A stretch of 64,000 nucleotides of DNA from Octopus vulgaris (lineage: Eukaryota), in contig OX597818.1 in the NCBI GenBank assembly GCA_951406725.2, positions 99,324,001 through 99,388,000 of the forward strand, given 5' to 3'. Both the position numbers and the translations under genes were made by a program. Shown here in pieces: positions 58,250-64,000 of this stretch. Below the pieces are notes generated by a model. The model ran no database searches. It had not been told where the DNA came from and was given only the letters and a program-made list of their open reading frames with translations. The stretch's first letter is position 1, and each line of letters opens with the position of its first letter.

Positions 58250-60030
58250 ACTAATATAAGGATATCAATGGTATGCAATAGATTGTGTTGTATAGAAGAC
58301 TATACAGCATACTATTAATATGTTGGACGATGATACACTGGTGGAGGGGAATACAGGAAATGTCTAAGAAACACTGCTCTAGACGAACAAGAAGCAAAAT
58401 ACAAAGAGAAATCTCAAAGAATGATAATTGCGTAATAGATATTTTTTCGACAACACAATTGTTACACAAATCATATGATATTCAACAAAACTATAACAAA
58501 GTTCATGTTATAGTAAGATCGTCTATGCAGTAGAAGAGAACAGAAAAATAAATCGAATTTCAGTATTGACATGAAGTGAAAATAATCAGTAGGTAAAAAG
58601 TCGATACAATACAATTTTTACCCAAGTGAAATAGATGAGTGACCATCAGAAGCCATAGGCAAAATGAAAATGAAATTTGAAGACAGGCTTTAAATCTACA
58701 AGATGTTCGTTTTAATGCATAACGTCAATCAAATAGGCTAATCATACCTTAAAAATAATAACAAGTTCGTCTGCAGAAGATAGAGAAGTCGGATATCAAT
58801 CGGTTAATGTACACTTCATACAATGCAGCGAATGTAGAGCTTCGTACTGAAATCACCGATAACATACAAAACCGTACAAACGAATACGGAAACCAAACAT
58901 TTAAAAAACAAGTAAACTGAACCATATTAATAATATATGAAAGTTAAAACAACATTATAAGCATATCAGCAATGAAAATATATAGAGAAGTAAATAACTA
59001 AATCCATATAAACTGACGATTCTCCAGCCGTAGAAGAAGTTTAAAAAAGTATCTGGTAAGAAGGTTAATATTAAAAAGATTATCAAAGAAAAACGAAATA
59101 GAATAATGTGTCATATATCAAGAGGAATGGATAAGTATAGAGCAGATATAATAATAATACAAGGCACCGAAAGAAAAGAAATCAATTGGGGAAAGCAATA
59201 TTTAGAATTCCTAGATAAAAATACTACGCAATAAATATGCATTCATAAATAACCCAACTCGAATGAAAAGCTGACGGAAGGCACAACAACCTTCGTATAA
59301 AAAATGGGAAAAGCAGGTGATCCTAAAAATTACAGGTCAATTGCCTTTCGATTTTATGCAAGATACTAGCATTCATAGTAATATACGTAACTTAGAAGTA
59401 AACAAACGCTTACCAGAATAAGATTCTAATACCACGGCAAGAATCGATTGTTAATAATTAAAGAGCAGTATTTCACAAGAAGACAGTAGACAGGAAAAAA
59501 TCAACTTAGTGCATGAATGGAGTACAAGAAAGCCTATTATAAAGAACCAAATTCATGGAAATTTATATATTATTCCCAATGGCTGTGAAGTCACTGAAAC
59601 CACCATCCTCTGACAGCAAAACCTATCAATAAATTGCAACAAAAGTACTCTATTAACTGAAGTAATTTACAGCTGGAATAAAATGTTCAAACGAGATTCA
59701 CTCTCACCAGTTTTGATTTCTCTAGAAATTTTCATATTTAGGCTTTCCCAAGCTCCACAGGAAGTAACTACATGACTGGGTGGAGGAAGGAAACAAGATT
59801 TTTGCTGTAGATGAAAGTCATATTTTAAAAATAATTTTAGAGACTCATCTGGAAAAAATTTATACATACTTCAAATCTTTATAGCTCTGATATTAAGGAA
59901 TTTTAGGATAACAAGTGTACCGTCGTAACATAATGGCGAAGTCAGTAAATACTAAAATTAATCAGCCAATAAGAAAACAGAAATATTTGGAGATCCACAA
60001 ACATGAACAAATCGTACAACATACCACAAG
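58250..60030 (+). mobile_element. Heavily decayed R4/Dong-type retrotransposon, reverse transcriptase region
   Basis: Ordered RT motif remnants: LTEGTT...GKAGDPKNYRSIA (about 59270-59345), MEYKKAYYKEPNSW (IDYKKAFDSVPHSW-like, about 59515-59560), FKRDSLSPVL (FQGDSLSPLL-like, about 59685-59715), DNKC, KYLEI. Start coordinate approximate. Confidence 0.75.
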
Positions 60031-60039
60031 CCATCAATG

Positions 60040-60478
60040 AAATGCTACGCGGTTCCTCGGTTTCCCTCATCTTATCTCATCTGCACCAACATATTCATGG
60101 AAGGGTTATTATCAGATCCGCTCAGAAGCATCAGTCCCCAGTTGATCCAGCTCTATCCCCAAGCGAGACGAACTGAACTCATAGATGTTATCCAACCATT
60201 TTACTAGTTGTCTACCTCTGGGTTTCCTGCAGTTGGTTTTGCCAGTAAAACTTGTCCAGCAACTCTTTCCCCAGACATTCTATCCACTAGTCCGATGTAG
60301 CGGAGCAGTGATCTCACAAACCGGTGAAGTAGCGGCTCTACCTGCAGTGTCTCCCTGATCTCCGAGATATGCACTCTTTCGAGTAAGGTTACTCCAAAGA
60401 CTCTTCTGAGGAAGCCCATCTAGGCAGCTTGCATTCGCGATCGTATTCTTTCAGTCATTATCCAAGATTGATGACCAA
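60040..60478 (-). mobile_element. RTE-clade LINE 3' remnant
   Basis: GHQSWIMTERIRSRMQAA*MGFLRRVFGVTLLERVHISEIRETLQVEPLLHRFVRSLLRYIGLVDRMSGERVAGQVLLAKPT, a typical RTE ORF C-terminus (YGxESW...EMxFLRR...LRWxGHVxRM). Confidence 0.9.
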
Positions 60479-60819
60479 AGGTTCAAATCTTATTCTACCG
60501 TTTTAAAAAGGAGACACTGGATAATGCAGTCACAAATAGAATGAATTGATCATAGGTCGACTCGATCAACGCGGACCTGGGAGTAAACAGCAATAGTATG
60601 TTATAATAGAAAACAAGAATTGACCGCCTGGGTAAGTATTCGATGAAAGAGAATGATTTGAAAGAATGTGGTGGATTTCAAAGATGAGACGGAAGCTATC
60701 AATATCTGATCAGTATTAGCAGTCAGCTATAGCTGGTATGCAAAGAACTGGAAGTTATGAGATCTAGTGGGGAAAAAAAAAGGATATAGAAACTGACACA
60801 ATCTTATCAGTTGTATGCT

Positions 60820-60820
60820 T

Positions 60821-60882
<62 letters not shown>

Positions 60883-61060
60883 ATATTACATCCTCCCTAC
60901 ATACATACATACATACAAACATACATACATACATACATACATACATACATACATACATACATACATACATTCATACATACATACATACATACACATACAC
61001 ATGTTCACATATATGCGTTTTTGTATGTATGTATGCATCTGCACACACACACACACACGA
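60820..61060. repeat. (CT)n, (CA)n and (CATA)n microsatellites
   Basis: Directly visible. Confidence 0.95.
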
Positions 61061-61698
61061 GAAAGGAACAAAGCAAAGTAGGTGAGCACATCTATAAGGA
61101 TATATTGCCGGAGACTAAGGCCCAATTGCTGGCCATCATCCATCGGACTTTCTATGCAAGATGATTGCTAATTGCAGGGTGGCTTGCAATGGACAGCTGG
61201 TCACCTCCACGAGTAAATCAGTTTTCTAGTGAATGAATAAAGCTGCAGTAGATATAATGACTCCGGTTTCAATTGGAATAGAGCCAATAGTGTAATTAAC
61301 GAACTATCAGCTTTGATACAAACAGGAAAATAAGTTTCAAAAAAAAGAATAAAGAAAAAAGAAAAAGAAAAGAAGAAAAAAAGAAAGGGATAAATGGAGC
61401 TCTTAAAATAACCAAAGTTAGGAATCTGACAATCTGTCAGTTGGACTGCTTATTTTTCTGTATATATCCGTGCTGCATCCGAAATCTTTCCCAGTCCCTA
61501 CTGCTTTCGTTCGTCTCGCTGTCTTCAAATTAAATATCTTTCTACCGATATATATACATTTCCGTTCATGGAAACACATCTAACGCCTATGTGTATGTGT
61601 GTGTGTGTATGTATGTGTGTTTATGTATATATGTATATATATATATATATATATATAAGAAAAAAGGTTTGAAAATGCAATTTAAACGATGTTTATTT

Positions 61699-61739
61699 AC
61701 TTAACCGGTTTCACTCTTTGGTAAAAGATTGTCAAAAGT
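61699..61739 (-). ncRNA. Minimal hammerhead ribozyme motif (mirror copy of 62204-62244)
   Basis: Exact reverse complement of 62204-62244. Confidence 0.6.
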
Positions 61740-62203
61740 TACATTTAAGGAAACATTGAATAATATGGGTTCAAACAGCCTTTCTGCTAATACTGACAGG
61801 TCAGTAAAAACATACTTAAAATATTCTGAGATGTACAAAAAATCCATTTTAATTTTTGCTGTCAAAACGCTGTATATATATACCAAAGATTGTATATATA
61901 TACATGTAATGTGACAATTTGCGACAACCAATAATTAACGCAACCAATTCCCAATAATATATTTGTTTTATCCTTTTCTGCCAAATTTTCCCAAATATTC
62001 TCATCACACTATTGAACTTCTCTGTTACCAAACACTATATTTATACATGTAATGTGACAATTATGTATAAAAAAACATTTTTGAATTCATAATATCCAAT
62101 GTGACAATTATGTAAAAAACTTTTTTGAATGCATAATATTCAATGTGACAATTATGTAAAAAACTTTTTTGAACCCATATTATTCAATGTTTCCTTAAAT
62201 GTA

Positions 62204-62244
62204 ACTTTTGACAATCTTTTACCAAAGAGTGAAACCGGTTAAGT
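62204..62244 (+). ncRNA. Minimal type I hammerhead ribozyme motif, U3-A8 core variant
   Basis: ACUU-UUGACAA-UCUUU(UACC)AAAGA-GU-GAAA-CCGG-UU/AAGU: 4-bp stem I, 5-bp stem II with 2 extra nt before GAAA, palindromic stem III, GUU triplet. Confidence 0.6.
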
Positions 62245-62321
62245 AAATAAACATCGTTTAAATTGCATTTTCAAACCTTTTTTCTTATATAATCCCACTC
62301 GTGCGATACCCCACAACTCAA

Positions 62322-62381
<60 letters not shown>

Positions 62382-62626
62382 CATACATACATACATACAT
62401 ACACGCACACATATATCCCTTAAAGCGCGCGCACTCTCACACACGAAGGGGATAACAGGAAGGAATAATGCCTGCTAAAGACTGGATCAAAGAACCTGGA
62501 TATTCCCTTGGCAGCAGAGATGCTGTTCGGCATCGCTGGTGGGGATAATATTAATGGGAAGTGTCAAATTCCTGTACGTCTCTAGTTGTCTAATCATGAG
62601 GGAGTGTCCCGTAGCCCAAGCTGCAA

Positions 62627-62672
<46 letters not shown>

Positions 62673-62729
62673 TGCATATTAATGTATATATATATATGTA
62701 CATGTTTGCAGTGAAATGACTGAAACAAG

Positions 62730-62777
<48 letters not shown>

Positions 62778-62808
62778 TTGTATACATTTATATATGCGCA
62801 TTTATGAG

Positions 62809-62872
<64 letters not shown>

Positions 62873-62900
62873 TCTGTATATATATATATATATATATACA

Positions 62901-63116
62901 TATACTTTATTTAAAGCAGCAGAAAATTCAACAAAATCTGTTACTCTGAGTTTCTCGTTGCCGTTCATCACACAGTTTTTGCTAGAAAAAACTGTCTGAT
63001 GAACGGCAACGAGATTTTTGTTGAATTTTCTGGTGCTTTAAATAAAGCATATTACTCTACCATTGGTATTTGAGTACTCTTTTTTCCACCTTGTTTCACA
63101 TTTATGTGTTTACTCC

Positions 63117-63120
<4 letters not shown>
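62901..63120 (+). mobile_element. Penelope-like terminal foldback in (TA)n with two damaged hammerhead copies
   Basis: Arms 62901-62980 and 62986-63051 around a GCTAG loop. The right arm has CTGATGA at 62996-63002 but a deletion of about 15 bp after 63014. A T-rich tail continues to (TA)n at 63120. Confidence 0.75.
62938..62975 (-). ncRNA. Minimal hammerhead ribozyme motif with C3G substitution (probably inactive)
   Basis: Minus RNA CUGU-GUGAUGA-ACG(GCAA)CGA-GAAA-CUC(A)GAG-UA/ACAG: stem I CUGU/ACAG, GNRA-capped stem II, GUA triplet. Confidence 0.7.
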
Positions 63121-63174
<54 letters not shown>

Positions 63175-63214
63175 TATATAGGGAGAGAGAGACACACACA
63201 CAGGGAGAGACAGG

Positions 63215-63247
<33 letters not shown>

Positions 63248-63313
63248 TGTGAAAGAGAAAGAGAGAGAGAGAGGTAGAGAGAGAGAGGAAGATAGAGAGA
63301 GAGAGAGAAAGAA

Positions 63314-63350
<37 letters not shown>
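63121..63350. repeat. (TA)n and (GA)n microsatellites
   Basis: Directly visible. Confidence 0.96.
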
Positions 63351-63914
63351 TATTTCTATATGTAGATGACTAAATATGTATCTGCTCGCCGATAATACAT
63401 GAATATGCATAATTTTGTATTATACAAACGGCTATTTTCAGTATCTTAAAATGTGTATTCATGTCTTGTATATATAAAAAAAGACGAATACATGTCTATT
63501 CTTGTCGATAATATAGTTCTATGCATGTTAGATATACACATACGTAAATGAATGTATCATAGTTCATTATGTCATGAAAACCTTGGAGAAGAGATCATTA
63601 TGTTTGTTAACTTCGCGGTCCCAATCTTAGCTAAAATTTTGTTCAATATTATATGAATTTGTACGGCCAATGGGCAAGTCTCTTTCTGTAGCAATAAGCA
63701 TGCATTTATAAGTCAAATTCTTCTCTTCAGACAAAACGTTAACATTTTGTCTAAGAGAAAGGCGCATTATTTTTCCCCTCATCTCTAGTGAGATAAACCG
63801 AGATGAAGTCAACATTAAACCTAAGTACATCTGGAGGGTATTTCCTCTATTTTCCGAGCAACAAGCTAATGTAGTCAATAACTAATATTAGTATATTATT
63901 TTTCTCATCATGTA

Positions 63915-64000
63915 GGCGTAGGAGTGGCTGTGTGGTAAGTAGCTTGCTTACCAACTACATGGTTCCGGGTTCAATCCCACTGCGTGGCACCTTGGGCAAG
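63915..64000 (+). mobile_element. Family A SINE head, cut by the window edge
   Basis: GGCGTAGGAGTGGCTGTGTGGTAAGTAGCTTGC...GGTTCAATCCCACTGCGTGGCACCTTGGGCAAG. Confidence 0.9.

Larger units (their letters stand above)
61652..62327 (+). mobile_element. Penelope-like terminal fragment with perfect 124-bp inverted arms, inserted in (TA)n
   Basis: 61652-61775 is the exact reverse complement of 62168-62291. Each arm holds a hammerhead motif. Internal repeats of AATGTGACAATT with about 47-bp spacing. The right arm extends by an unmatched tail to (TA)n, as expected for an inverted truncated pseudo-LTR. Confidence 0.75.

Noticed and set aside
61080-61250. Faint RRLR...AGH motif like an RTE C-terminus (a similar weak hint at 62450-62625)
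   Set aside because: Needs frameshifts and has too few matching residues to support a call.

Overview
AT-rich, microsatellite-saturated eukaryotic DNA with no recognisable intact host gene; it reads as a large intron or intergenic region. The repeat style points to a coleoid cephalopod, most likely Octopus (inference, not checked against a database). Almost all listed ORFs are simple-repeat artefacts. The window is a dense record of mobile elements: three modular tRNA-derived SINE families (labelled A, B and C here), decayed non-LTR retrotransposons (R4/Dong-like, CR1/L2-like, RTE-like), two complete non-autonomous Helitrons plus fragments, a mariner transposase remnant, a hAT MITE, a TIR element carrying telomeric repeats, and a 387-bp foldback. 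The most notable signals are: (1) Penelope-like termini in (TA)n tracts that carry minimal hammerhead ribozyme motifs, two with a compensatory U3-A8 core and a palindromic stem III; (2) a 156-bp inverted copy of nearby DNA apparently co-inserted with one of these termini; (3) a SINE subfamily whose target duplications begin with AGGTAT, a motif it also carries internally, forming a head-to-tail trimer; (4) a SINE tail matching the 3' end of a LINE in the same window. All calls were made by eye, and boundaries of decayed elements are approximate.
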